Below, piece by piece: positions 14,328 to 25,830 of a stretch of DNA of 64,000 nucleotides (the stretch's first letter is position 1; the number at the start of each line of letters is the position of its first letter). The position numbers and the translations under genes are program-made. Under the pieces are notes generated by a model. The model ran no database searches and had not been told where the DNA came from. It saw only the letters and a program-made list of their open reading frames with translations. Source of the stretch: Camelus ferus (Eukaryota); contig NC_045713.1 of assembly GCF_009834535.1 (NCBI RefSeq), forward strand, positions 13,640,001 to 13,704,000. The letters are read 5' to 3'.

Positions 14328-15979
14328 ATGCTGGAGAAGTGACTGAAGACCTGGCTGTGGTGTGTTTTGTGCCGGGACTTGCAGCGATGGACAGGGCCTG
14401 CCCTTGTCCCTTTATGGTCTTACTGCTTTCTCCCATCTGGGTTCTGGCTCCTTAGGAAGTGGGAGAGGTCCCAAGGCAAGAAAGAGTGGGTCAAGATGTT
14501 CCAGGAACAGCAAGGAGGCCGAGGAAGGGTCAAAGAGGCAAGGAGAGGTCACAAGGCAGGAGTCCTCAAGGCCCAAGGAAAGATGTGGTTTTAAGACCCA
14601 GCTCCTGTGACAAGAAGGTCTTGAAGGATTTGGAACAGAGGAATAGCAAGATGTGACTTTTGAAAGGTCCCTCTGGCTGCTGAGCTAGAATGAGGTAGGC
14701 GTGGACAAGTGCAGGGAGGGCAGGCACCCATGTGGCAGCTTAGAGGGAAGCTCACCCAAGGGTGGGTAGGAGAGGTCGCTGGATACACTCAGGGTGGAGC
14801 CCAGGGTGAAGCCCAGGGTGACTCCAGGATTCTGGCCCAAGCAGCTGGAAGGATGGAGTTGCCCAGTGTATTAATGAAATGCAAAAAGGCTGTAACTGGA
14901 GCAGGTTTGGGGGTGACCTGGACTCAGCTTTTGGGCCTTCCTGGATCTTCGCAGCCATACCTGCTCCTAGGCCTTGGCTCCTGGCTTCCCAGCTGGAATG
15001 GCCCAGCAACAGTGTGCCCCATCCCTGTGGTTGTAAAGCTCTGGTCACCTCTCTCCATGGTGTCTCAGCTTCTCCCTGGGCAGGTGCCAACATTTGGCAC
15101 AGTCTCCTCGGCACCTTTACCCCACTGGCCCCATGGGGGTGCTGGTTTCTGCAGGGCCAGGTGATGCAAAGAAATAGGCAGGGAGCCACCAGCAAAGGAG
15201 TCACGGCTCTTTCCTTCCCTAGCACAGAGCTTCTCTCTGGCTTTTCCCAAGTCGCCTGTATGCCGGGAGCCAGCAAAGCTGTGGGAGCTCAGGAGCACCA
15301 TCTGTATTTGCTCTCCCTCCTTCCCTGCCTCGCCTCCCTTTTTCCCTAACCCTGGCTCCCCCGAAGCTTCACTGCCCATTAAAACTCTTACTTGGCTGCA
15401 GACTCGGTTTTCTAGGGCCTCTAGGCTAAGACAAGTGGGATTCTAATTTAAGGGAAGGTTCTGGCTCCAGCTGTCAGCACAGAGACGAAAGGAGTGGACA
15501 CAGAGCAGGGAGAAGAGACCCAGGACCATGCCCTGGGACCCCTAAGGTTCAGAGGTCACAGATTGAACAAGAGGAGGGAACTGGGAAGGGGTGACAAGAA
15601 AGGGCCCAGGAAGTTGGAGGAACACGAGGAGAGGGTGACATGGGCAGTATTCCCAAGAGGACAGGGACAGGATGCAGTGCCTGAATTGCCCCAGAACTAA
15701 AAGGAGCAGTGACAGCTGGAAGTGGAAGTGGCCTTAAGAATGGAGGTTTTAAAAAAAAAAAAGAATGGAGGTTTGTTTTTGAGTTACAAGAAGGTAGCAC
15801 GTTTATGCACTGATGTAAATGATCAAGTAAAAGGGAGAACAAATTATGCGTGGGACCAAGAGGGGGGACTGTCACTGACAGGCGAGAAGTGATGGGATTG
15901 GATGTACAGTGTAATGGAGTTGACCAGTGGATGGCCACATCTGGGATAACAGGTACCACTGTCCACACCACCCAGATGG

Positions 15980-16130
15980 CATGGTTGGGAACTGGGTTTG
16001 AATCCCAACCCTTTACTTTCCATGATCAAGGACCTCAAACAGCCTGCCTATTAACCAAACTATGGGGGTAAAACAGTCCCTACCTCTGCAGGTTGTGGTG
16101 AAACGCCTGGCATTAAATGTTCAACCATTG
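15980..16130 (+). mobile_element. MIR fragment
   Basis: CTGGGTTTGAATCCCA...AAAACAGTCCCTACCTCTGCAGGTTGTGGTGA resembles the MIR core. Confidence 0.55.
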
Positions 16131-16939
16131 CAGACTTTTCTATGCCTTAGACAGAAATGGGAGTAATCTGGGCCCCTGCTGGCTGGCTGGAAGGAACATG
16201 AAGGAAGGAACCCTTATCTAACAGGGGCTGGGCGATGTGTGGAAGAGACCTAGTAAGTACATGGGGCAGCTAGGCACCAGCTCTGCCAAACTCCCCATCT
16301 CTGATGCTTCAGCCCACTCCTTGGCCCCAAACTAAATACGTCAGCCAATGGTCAGTTGAGGAGGCCCAGGAGTGCGGAGGGTTCTGTGAGCACCCTTGGA
16401 ATGACAACATCCAGCCACAGGAAAAGAGCAGAGATGCCCCACCTCCCACCCATGCTGGCCTGTAGACTCTGCCTTCCTGGACAAGGGCCTCTGGGGGCAG
16501 AAGCCATTCTCCCTCCCTGTTGGGAAGGCTAGAGTCCTCTGAATGAGAAGCTAGGGTGTAGTGGGAAGTCATGGGAAAGGCCCCAGTAACCTACCTCTGG
16601 TCTACAGGGACCAGGGCCAGGAAGCTGGGTCCCTTTCTCTGAGGGCTGTAGGGGAAGACTTTGGGGCCCTTGGGCCTGTTTTACCTCCTGACACAATCAG
16701 AAAGGGCCCTGCTCAGAGGAGCGGGGCCATGTCAGTCTGTCTATCCACGTGGCTACAGCAAAGCCTGAGCCCAGTGTCTGCCTGCCTTGCTGACTCCTGA
16801 CTACTTGTGAGGGGCAGAGGGGGATCCAGCCCCTTGACCCTGCCGCCTGATGGGGACCTGGGGCCTGGACCCTGGTCCTGCGGTGAGAGTGGGGTGTGGA
16901 AGGTGGGTGGGGCAGAGAGAGGGGAGTGTTCCAGCCCGG

Positions 16940-17480
16940 TGCGCGTGGACCAGTGGGGGGGACGCGGGCTCGGTTCCGCCCTGCGCGCCCCCGCAGCGGC
17001 TGGCGCGCGCTCTCGGGAGGCAGCGGTGATAGCGGCAGACAGGCAGCATCGGCAGCATCGGCAGCATCGGCAGCAGCCCCAGGGAGCCTCGGGCGGGGCC
17101 GGCCTGACCGACAGACGGACAGAGGGCGCCAGGAGCGCGCGGCCCGCCCGGGCTGGCTATGGAGGGAGCCTCATTCGGCGCGGGCCGCGCGGGGGCCGCC
17201 CTGGACCCTGTGAGCTTCGCTAGGCGGCCCCAGACCCTGCTGCGGGTCGCGTCCTGGGTGAGTGCCCCCGGCCCCAGCCCCTGCCCCACCCAATACCCCA
17301 ACCCACCTGGCCTCGCATCCCTAGTTCCGACCACCTCCCCATCGCGCCTGTCCCTCGCCCCCATCCTCATCCTTGCCGGCCCCTCCCCCGCCGGCCGCAG
17401 GTTGGGGTGACGTCACCAGGCAGGGCGCGCCCACCTGCAGGCGGGGGAGGGGCCGGCGGCGACAGCTGGAGACCTTGAGA
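16940..17480. promoter_or_regulatory. SYNGR3 promoter/exon 1 CpG island with a 12-bp palindrome GGTGACGTCACC (CRE) at 17406-17417 in intron 1
   Basis: CpG density; motif read directly. Confidence 0.7.
17042..17077 (+). repeat. 9-bp tandem repeat (GGCAGCATC)3 GGCAGCAGC upstream of the SYNGR3 ATG
   Basis: Read directly. Confidence 0.85.
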
Positions 17481-19938
17481 GGTCACTGCCCGCGGCACCC
17501 ACCTCCCAATTCCTCCTTAGGTCTAACTCAGTCCCCTTCCTCAGCTGTCGCTCCGTTTTTCCTGTGCTCACGCCCTGGAAGTGGGCACAGGAGTGGGGAC
17601 AGAATTAACAGAGGGGTTTGGGCGCCCAGCCTCAGCATGAGAAGGGGCTCCCGGAGCAGAGAGGATCAGACAGCCTCCTCCCGCCTCTCCTGCTCACACA
17701 TCCTCCAGGCTCCTTCCAAGAGAGCTGGCCCTTTCCAGCACCCCTAGTTGCAACTGTGAGTTGCTTTCTCAGAGGGGCAGCCAGAAGGAGTTCTACATTG
17801 GGAGGGGCCGATTTGGGAGCAGCCTAGCCTACTGGGGTAACCCTAGGCCTGGTGGCCTGCTCCTCCTGGCTGGAGAGATGGGAGATGTAATGCTGAGTTC
17901 TGGGTTTTGTCCAGCGGGTGGCGGCACCTCCTCACCTATCTTCCAGGAGGAGGCCAGTGATCAGGGTGGGGCAGGGGCCTTGGCCTTCTGCGTAGAGTGA
18001 CTCTGGCCAGACCAAAAAGTAGGAACCCTACATTCTGGTCCCAGATCTGATTCAACTTGTGGACCAATCAGGGGGAACATGTCTATATCTTGCACCTTGG
18101 TTCCCCTCTTGACTCAGTCTCTAGGAGCTGGGGTGGGAAAGAAATGAAGTTGAAACTGGAGTTTTGTTTTTAGAAACATAGGGCTGCCCAGAGCTAAAAA
18201 AGCAGCATCTGGTTTAAAAGGACTGTGGTCCACCTTCTATTTACCTTCCAGCCATCACAGACACACGGCCCTCAGGTTTTTCTGAACCCCAGGAGCCAAC
18301 AGTGTCACCTTTTGAGCCGATACTCTTATGGATGATATTAATCACAGTCCCCAGCACACCATGAGTTGTGCTTGTTACCACATTTGGCATGCTAGGAAAC
18401 AGGACCTCACAGCTCTTAAATGCTGAGAGCAGGTTCCAGTGAGGTCCCGCTGACACCTCTGTGCAGCAGTCCCTCTGGTGGCCCCCTCTATGCTCTGGCC
18501 CCTCTGGCCCCACTGGCCCCACTCCGCATCTACTTTCCTGGGCTCCACTGACTCAAGCTTGGGAATCACTGGTCCAGATGAAAGTTCCTGTCCCCACACT
18601 CTGAAGTGGGCCATGGGAGACACTAAAGGCTCCACAAGGTGCAGAGGACCCAGCTTGAACATCTGCCCTGGCTCTTATCAGCCATGCGATCCTGGACAAA
18701 TCACTTTACCTGTTGGAGTCTGTTTCCCCATTATCCCCAGGATAAGAACAATGTCACCCTCATGGTTTTTGCAGAGGATTCCATGAGCAAAGGCACATAG
18801 ACATTTTTAGCACAACACTTGGGTATAGTAGTTGCTCACTAAATGGTACACGTCGTCCACAGTTACTAAATACCGTAGGTATTAAGGGAGGGGTCTTGAA
18901 GACCTCCACCCAGAGATGGACCCTGTGCTTCAGGAGAACGCAGGGACACACCCGACGGCGTTGGCGTTCACGCTGGGCTAGAAAATCTCAGGCCTCTGTG
19001 GGGAGGGGGCCATCTCAGGGCCCTGAGCGCCTCCTGCCACCCTCCCCCGGCCCATAGGTGTTCTCCATCGCCGTCTTCGGGCCCATAATCAACGAGGGCT
19101 ACGTGAACGCCGACAGCGGCCCGGAGCTGCGCTGTGTCTTCAACGGGAACGCGGGAGCCTGCCGCTTCGGCGTCGTGCTAGGCCTGGGGGCCTTCCTCGC
19201 CTGCGCCGCCTTCCTGCTGCTGGACCTGCGTTTCCAGCAGATCAGCAGCGTCCGCGACCGTCGCCGCGCAGTGCTGCTCGACCTGGGCTTCTCAGGTGGG
19301 CGGGACCGGACCAGGAGGGGCGGGCCTGGGGGGCGGGGTGGGGCCACAGGGAGGGTGTTGTGTTCTCAGCCCAGTGTGGCTGGGACCCGTCCGGTCCCGG
19401 CGGGGCGGGGCCTCCGTTCGGCGGATACTTCTTTCCCGCGTAGCTGGGCGGGGTCCTTCTTGAGCCCCCCCCCCCCCCCGTGACCCTCTGGTTCCTCCGC
19501 AGGGCTCTGGTCCTTCCTGTGGTTCGTGGGCTTCTGTTTCCTCACCAACCAGTGGCAGCACACGGCGTCCGGGCCGGGCACGACGCAGGCAGGAGACGCG
19601 GCGCGGGCCGCCATCGCCTTCAGCTTCTTCTCCATCCTCAGCTGGGTGAGTGTGGTCGGCGGGCCGCAGGCGGCGGGGCCTGGGGCCGGGGCAGGGTCGG
19701 CTCTAGCTGACCCTGGACTCCCCTTTAGGTGGCGCTTACTGTGAAGGCCCTGCAGCGGTTCCGCCTGGGCACCGACATGTCGCTCTTTGCCACCGAACAG
19801 CTGAGCACTGGGGCAGGCCAGGCGTACCCAGGCTACCCGGTTGGCAGCGGCGTAGAGGGCACTGAGACCTACCAGAGCCCGCCTTTCACCGAGACCCTGG
19901 ACACCAGCCCCAAAGGGTACCAGGTGCCTGCCTACTAG
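17159..19938 (+). CDS. SYNGR3: Synaptogyrin-3 (MARVEL-domain synaptic vesicle protein), 4 exons, 229 aa. Exons: 17159-17257, 19058-19295, 19503-19645, 19729-19938
   Basis: MEGASFGAGRAGAALDPVSFARRPQTLLRVASWVFSIAVFGPIINEGY...SPKGYQVPAY*; GT-AG junctions, total 690 nt. Confidence 0.97.
18630..18850 (+). mobile_element. MIR in SYNGR3 intron 1
   Basis: GGACAAATCACTTTACCTG...TCTGTTTCCCCATT...GAGGATTCCATGAG...TTGCTCACTAAATG matches MIR core and tail. Confidence 0.65.
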
Positions 19939-21185
19939 TGGTGGGCAGGCCCAGACCAAGGCGCAAAGGCAGCCCCACCAGCTCAGAGCCCAAGGCCTCC
20001 TGGACCTCTCTCGGGTCCTCCTAGCCCAGCAGCAGGGTGTGGCCAGTGTGAGCCATCTGGGGCCAAGAGAGGGTAGCCTCCAGGGTGCTTAGGCTATCCC
20101 CTACAAGCTCCTCCCATCCCCTTAGTCCACAGTCCAGGGCCTGACGTCCTGAGGAGGGCATAGCACAGCCCTAGGCACAGCCTCCAGTGGACCAGCCTAG
20201 GCAGGGGGCCATGCCTTTCAGGAGCCAGCCAGCCTGGGGCTTACCTGTCCACCCTGGGCTCAGGGGTGCAGCTGCCCTCCATAGCCAGGTGCAGGGGCTG
20301 CCCCAGACTGAGGGTGACTAGAGGAAGGGACACTGCCCCCACTCCGTGGCCTGGTAAGCATGGCCACTGTTCCCCGTCCCGTGTCCCTGTGGTTAATGAT
20401 GGTCCTTGCTCTCTCCTGGTGGGTCACCCTGGAGGGCCACGTGCTCTGTCTGGAGCCTCCCTCCATTTCCTCTCACACAGGCGCACTAGACTATGCTGGC
20501 CTTGTTGATGTCGTGGTTGTGGTTAAGTCTTCAGGTTTCACCTTGTAGTTCCCCACAAGCAGCCCCTCTGTCTGTGGCCCCTGCTCCAGCCCTTACCTGC
20601 CTTGGCCCAGGCCCCTACTGGGGTGTGGGCAGCCCTACCCAGGAAAGCACAACATGGCTGTAGGCCTGGGCACCAGCCCTCTCCCAGCCCTTTGATAAGA
20701 CCTTGCCCGTGGGAGGCTTAAGACACTTGGGTGCCTGGCAAGACACACCCCTCATGAGGAGAGAGGCCAAGAGGCTCCACCTGCCTACCACGCCCTGGAG
20801 ACGGCCATTCCGTGCAAACCCCTGTACCTTGGCTTCCTGGACTAGTCCCTCAACTCCCCACTCTGCACCCCATTTTAAGGCCCAGCCTGAGGTTGCAGGT
20901 CCCTCTGCATAGCTGAGTACTCATGCATTGCTCAAAGCTGGCTTTTCACATTAAGTCAATACCAAATGCGGTTGCCACATTTCATTCTTTACAGACAGAC
21001 GCCTCCCTCTGGAGTTGCAGTTGAGTGACAACCCTGTACATTGTAGCATAGACCAATTATGTGTGGATATTTAAGTGAACATGTTTACAATTTTTGTATA
21101 TATGACACTTTTCCTCTCTCTTCTGAAAGAACAATCCGTGATTGTGTATTTTCAGTGTCCCATGTTCCAACTGCAACTTCTTTAC

Positions 21186-21191
21186 AATAAA
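21186..21191 (+). terminator. SYNGR3 polyadenylation signal AATAAA
   Basis: First canonical hexamer after an AT-rich 3'UTR terminus, about 1.25 kb past the stop. Confidence 0.75.
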
Positions 21192-21589
21192 GACTGTAAA
21201 TGAGTTTATCGTGGCCCAGACACTCTTGGAATCATTTCTACTCCGGCCCTTCCAGTGCCAGAGGTTGGAACCTGAGGGGCACCAGGGCCCAGAATCCAGA
21301 AGGGCAGGGAGGTGGCTAGGCTGACACTCATATTGGAGAGTGCTGGTAAAAGTGGTCATGATTTCTTCAAATGTCCCCTTCTCATTACTTTCTGCTCCTG
21401 GGACCGCCATCAGGTGTACCACACAGAGTCCAGAGCCACATTCCACGGTTAACTCCTTTTTGGAGATTACCCCAGCTTGGTCTTGTTTACTTTTGAACCA
21501 TCTATTGGAATTTTTATCTTTTTCATTTCTAAAACTTACTGGTTAGCAACCTCCTGGATGAACGAAGCAGATAAGCACCATCTCTGGAG

Positions 21590-21780
21590 CTGGAATGCTG
21601 GTTTGGCGACATTCAAACTTGGTCTTTGGGGGCGAGTCTCTCAACTTGCCTGTGCCTCTGGTTTCTCTTCTGTAAAACAAAGATAACGGTAGTTCCTATC
21701 ACACACGGTGGGGTGAGGGTTAGCATTAACACATGTAGAGCTCAGAGCAGTGCTTGTCACACAGCAAGCTTTACTTCCGT
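21590..21780 (+). mobile_element. MIR fragment
   Basis: CTGTGCCTCTGGTTTCTCTTCTGTAAAA...ACATGTAGAGCTCAGAGCAGTGCTTGTCACACAGCAAG. Confidence 0.65.
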
Positions 21781-22650
21781 GTTGCCTGGTATTATGAATT
21801 GTGCTTCTTTAAGAACAGGTATTTTCAATATTGTTAATGAGAGAGCCTATTTTTCAGGTTACTCTTCTGAGAGCCTTCTTGTGTGTGGTGGGGAATGCAG
21901 GTGGCCATGGAGAGTGAAGATGGTGAAGGCTTTCCTCTCCTGGTGGGCCCTGGGCCTGGCCATCACCCAGGGACTCACTCCAGCCCAGCCATAGGCAGGC
22001 AGGTAGCATCATCCAGGTCCTTGACTTCAGACAGTGCCAATGCAGCCATGTGGCCCCTCTGCGGGCCACTGGCCAGGTCCCCTTCTTCACCATGGGCACT
22101 CCTTCTTCCTTTAAAAAAGAATTTAGATGGGGCTATGTTTAGACCTTTTCTTCCACTATTTACATGTATGGCAGAAAGGAGAGATTTCAGTGCGTGTCTG
22201 GTCCCCTTCCAAAATACTAGATCCAAATAATTAAGTACAAATTATTTTCTTTCAGTATTTCAGATATGCCCTGCACTGTTTCTAAATTGTTCTTGTTGGA
22301 GTTTATCTTTAGTAGCCCTTTCACTGGTCTATGGCTGTATCCTTGAGTCTGTGACTCTCACGTTCTGAATGGGTGGTTTTACTGGGTATACAGTATAGGT
22401 CGAGCAGGGCTGTGTCATCTCCTGGAAGGCTTGGGCAGTGCTGGACCTCCAGGACCCCAGCCCACAGTTGGCTGCTGCTTCCTGTGAGTAAAGCCTGGCT
22501 GCCCAGCTCACCCCACATCTTCCCTGCCCCCGCGCTCACTGGTGACCACCTGAGCTGTGGCATCTGATGACTCTGAGTCCCCCTGGCTGTGGGGTGACCC
22601 CGGGAGGCAGAGAAGCTCAGAACACTAGCTCTGCATTATTGCAAAATAAA

Positions 22651-22656
22651 TTTATT
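22651..22656 (-). terminator. ZNF598 polyadenylation signal AATAAA; a proximal ATTAAA lies at 22761-22766
   Basis: TTTATT on the + strand, about 560 nt past the ZNF598 stop. Confidence 0.75.
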
Positions 22657-23216
22657 TGAAGATAAATTGTCTTATAAAAGGTCAGAGGCAATTTGAGATC
22701 CCAGATTCAGCTCGTCTCGTAAAAAGATTCAACTTCAAGTAGCACGATTTCGTGTCTGCTTTTAATCCTGAACATTCTTGAATCATGAAACATTCAACTG
22801 TTTACACAACACACTCAACATCTGACTCCACCACCAGTGGACCCACAGCTTCTGGCTCAGGGACCATGATGCTACAGCCCTCAGGCTCAGGAGGTCCCAA
22901 ATCAGGCCACCGTGGCCACTCACTCTGACACCACAGACAGGTCCCGGCGTCCTGGCCCTTCCCAAAGCATGAGAATAACCCAGACCGGCCTGCTGCTAAG
23001 GCAGGGGCCTTCCCCAGTTCCCAGGAGAAAACCAGATGGACTCCTGCGTGATGGTGTGCTGACAGGGTGGGGTAGGCCTTCCTGGTGACCCCTGGGGGGC
23101 TGGTCAGCTGCGGGACCTGAACAGGTGGCCTCACCTGGCTGCTTGGCAGCCCAGGGGGAGAAGGAAGGAGAAAGGAGGCTCATGAGTATGGCAACTTCTG
23201 CCCACACTGGCGGGAG

Positions 23217-25756
23217 CTACGTGAGGATCCTGGCAATGGCTTGCAGGGAGGGGAAGTCATCATCCCGGGCGGCGTGCAGCGCCTGGTGGCTCCTGACATC
23301 ACCGTGCGCGAGCACCTGCTGGCAGGTGGGGCACACGCAGCAGTCCAGGCCCGTCTGCCGGGTGCTGGCCTGCCACGCATTCTTCTTGTTCTTCTTGGCC
23401 TTGGTGCCGGGAGGCCTCTCTTGGCCTCGGAAGTCCGTGTGCGCAGACAGCAGCTCCTGCTGCTTGGCCGTGTCGGGCAGGAGCACCAGCAGCTCATTGA
23501 AGATCTTCTGGAAGTTCTCCCCGAGCAGGTCCCGGCAGCTCTTGTAATACTGGGCTGCGGAAATCACACCCTGCCACCCAGAGCAGACCAGTCACACCTG
23601 GCCCAGGCCTGGGCCCCAGGTGGCTGGGCTGGCCCCCCACAACCCCGCCTGCCTAACCTGTCTAAATTCCCCAGAGTGGCTCTTGAATTTGTTGAAGCGG
23701 GCCTCATCGCTCTGCAGGAAGTCCTTGATAGACTGGATGAGCTGCAGGTTCCTCTCCCGGAAGTTCTCAGGGACCAGGTAGGCCCGTGGCATGGATGTCA
23801 GCCTAGGTCTGGGGTCAGGAGATGGGGAGGAGGTGGAGGCTTCAGCCTTTGGGGTGGCCCAAGGTGAAAGCACTCCCCTAGGGGCACCAGGCCAGGCGGC
23901 CCACCCTCACTCACGCTTTTGTGGTGGTGGTAGTGCTGGGGACGCAGGCTGGGTGGGGGCTGGGCAGAAGGCCGGAGAAGCCAGGGGGCGGCTTGCTGAT
24001 GGGGGGCACGAGACCTGGCGGAGGCGGGGGTGGAGTGCCCTTCAGAAGCACCACAGTGTTGAAGCCTATGGCAGGGTGAGCACAGGAAGATCCCAGGATG
24101 TGACTCTCACCAGCCAGGCACAGCCAGGCCTTGGCACATAAACTGTGCTCCCTCATGGCAAATCCTGTCTAAGTTAACTCACTTAAACCCATCTCAAGAG
24201 GATGCTAAGATTGCCCTGATTTATGGGGAGGAAAAGGATGCAGAGAAGTCAAGTGGTGAACCGAGATCACATCACTTACAGACGCGGAGCCTGGCTTCTA
24301 AGGCAGCTGGAAACTACTGCAGAAGCTTACCTCTTCCTTCCTGCACCTGCACCTGCACCACAGAACCTCTAGCTGTGCTCCTCGTGGGCCTGGAGGGCTC
24401 CAGCCTGACTCTGCTACTCTGACCTCTTCCCAGATGCCGAAAAGCAAGCCTGAGGCAGGTACACATACCTGGGGGCGGGGGCATCCTGGGCGGGCAGGGG
24501 CCGCCGAGCGCTGGGAAGTCTTCCTGGGGTGTGGGGCAAGGGAGGGGCCCCTGGGGCCTTGGAAGCCCAGGGGGTTCCTTGGGAGTGCTCCGAGCTGGGA
24601 CCGGCCCCTCTGTGTGTCCATTGACGACGACACCAACTGGCCCCTCAGCCCTGCCAGTGGGGGCTGTGGGGGCCTGCTCAGCCCCAGGGGACCCGTCTTT
24701 GTCAGAGGGCAGCGGCGGGGGGGATGCGGCACCTGGCTTCTCAGAGCCCACTTTCTTCTTTTTGCCAACCTTGGTGAAGGTCTGGGTGGAGGCCAGTGCC
24801 AGCAGGGAGGAGACGGTGACTGTTGTGGGCACGCTCCGCAGCTCCTGGGCAGTGAGGCCAGTGCGGCCATCCTCCTCCTCCTCCACCGGGGGCGGCCCAC
24901 CCTTTTTGCCACCCTTGCCCCCCTTCCCAGCCTTCCTGGAGGGCTGGCTGCTCCCACCAGCAGACTGGGCCCCAGTGGTGGGATGTGCCACTTTCTTGCT
25001 GCCACTGCTGTTCCAGGCAGAGATGAGGCTGGTGGGGGCAGCGGTGGGCTTGGAAGCAGAGGACACCAGGGCAGGGAAGTCGTCCTCCTGGAAGGTGCTC
25101 CTACCCCTGCTGGGAACCGCATACGCCAGCGGCAGCCCCACGGGGCCCAGGGCTGCTGCAGTGGAGGAGGAGGAGGAAGCAGAGGCACAGAGACTGGGAA
25201 AGTCTTCATCCTTGAGCTTCGAAGTTGGGGGTGGGAGAGTGCTGAGCCGAGGAACGGGAGAAGGTTCAGTGGCTTGCTGGTCCCTGGCCTGCCCCACACT
25301 CACCCTCTATAGGAGTCCGGCACCCTCACCCCGGTTTGTGCACACGTGTACCTTGGAAGTGCGGTCCCTGCAGCCAAGCCGGTTGCTGGGAAGGCCTCTT
25401 GGCTCACAGGACCGTTTGTCGAGGATTCTTTGGGGCCTGCGAGACACAAAAGAACCCTATGTCAGACGGATCAATGTTGAAGGCAAGATCAGGCCCCGCA
25501 GAGTGACCAGAGAGCATGTGGGTTCTTGTCCACTTTCTGGGTGGGGACCCTGCCAGTCTGGGCACCACGCTCGGCAAGAGGCTGCCTCAGGCCTCTCAGG
25601 CCAGAGCAGAGACACCTGCAAGGAAGGCCCACTCACCTGGGCCTTCGCCCTGAGTCCGGGGCGGACGCCGGGGGCCCCGGGGCTCCTCAGGCCCCCGCAC
25701 CACTGCCTCCTCCTTTCTGGGCCTGGTGCCCTCCACCTGGTCCTCGCTCCTGCGTG

Positions 25757-25830
<74 letters not shown>

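Noticed and set aside
14790-14830. Short degenerate tandem repeats (CAGGGTG-AGCC x3; CTGGCCCC x3 near 18500; CCTGCA x3 near 24345; poly-C at 19465; poly-G at 39158)
   Set aside because: Ordinary slippage-type low-complexity sequence with no positional argument for function
16800-19000. Searched for an RE1/NRSE silencer near neuronal SYNGR3
   Set aside because: Only partial half-site matches (for example CGGACAG at about 17117); no convincing 21-bp element by eye
25321-25352. Second strong-looking donor GG|GTGAGG 22 nt downstream of the ZNF598 exon 8 donor
   Set aside because: It gives phase 0, incompatible with the phase-2 exon 9 acceptor. It would frameshift, so it is not part of the main CDS; a minor NMD isoform cannot be excluded
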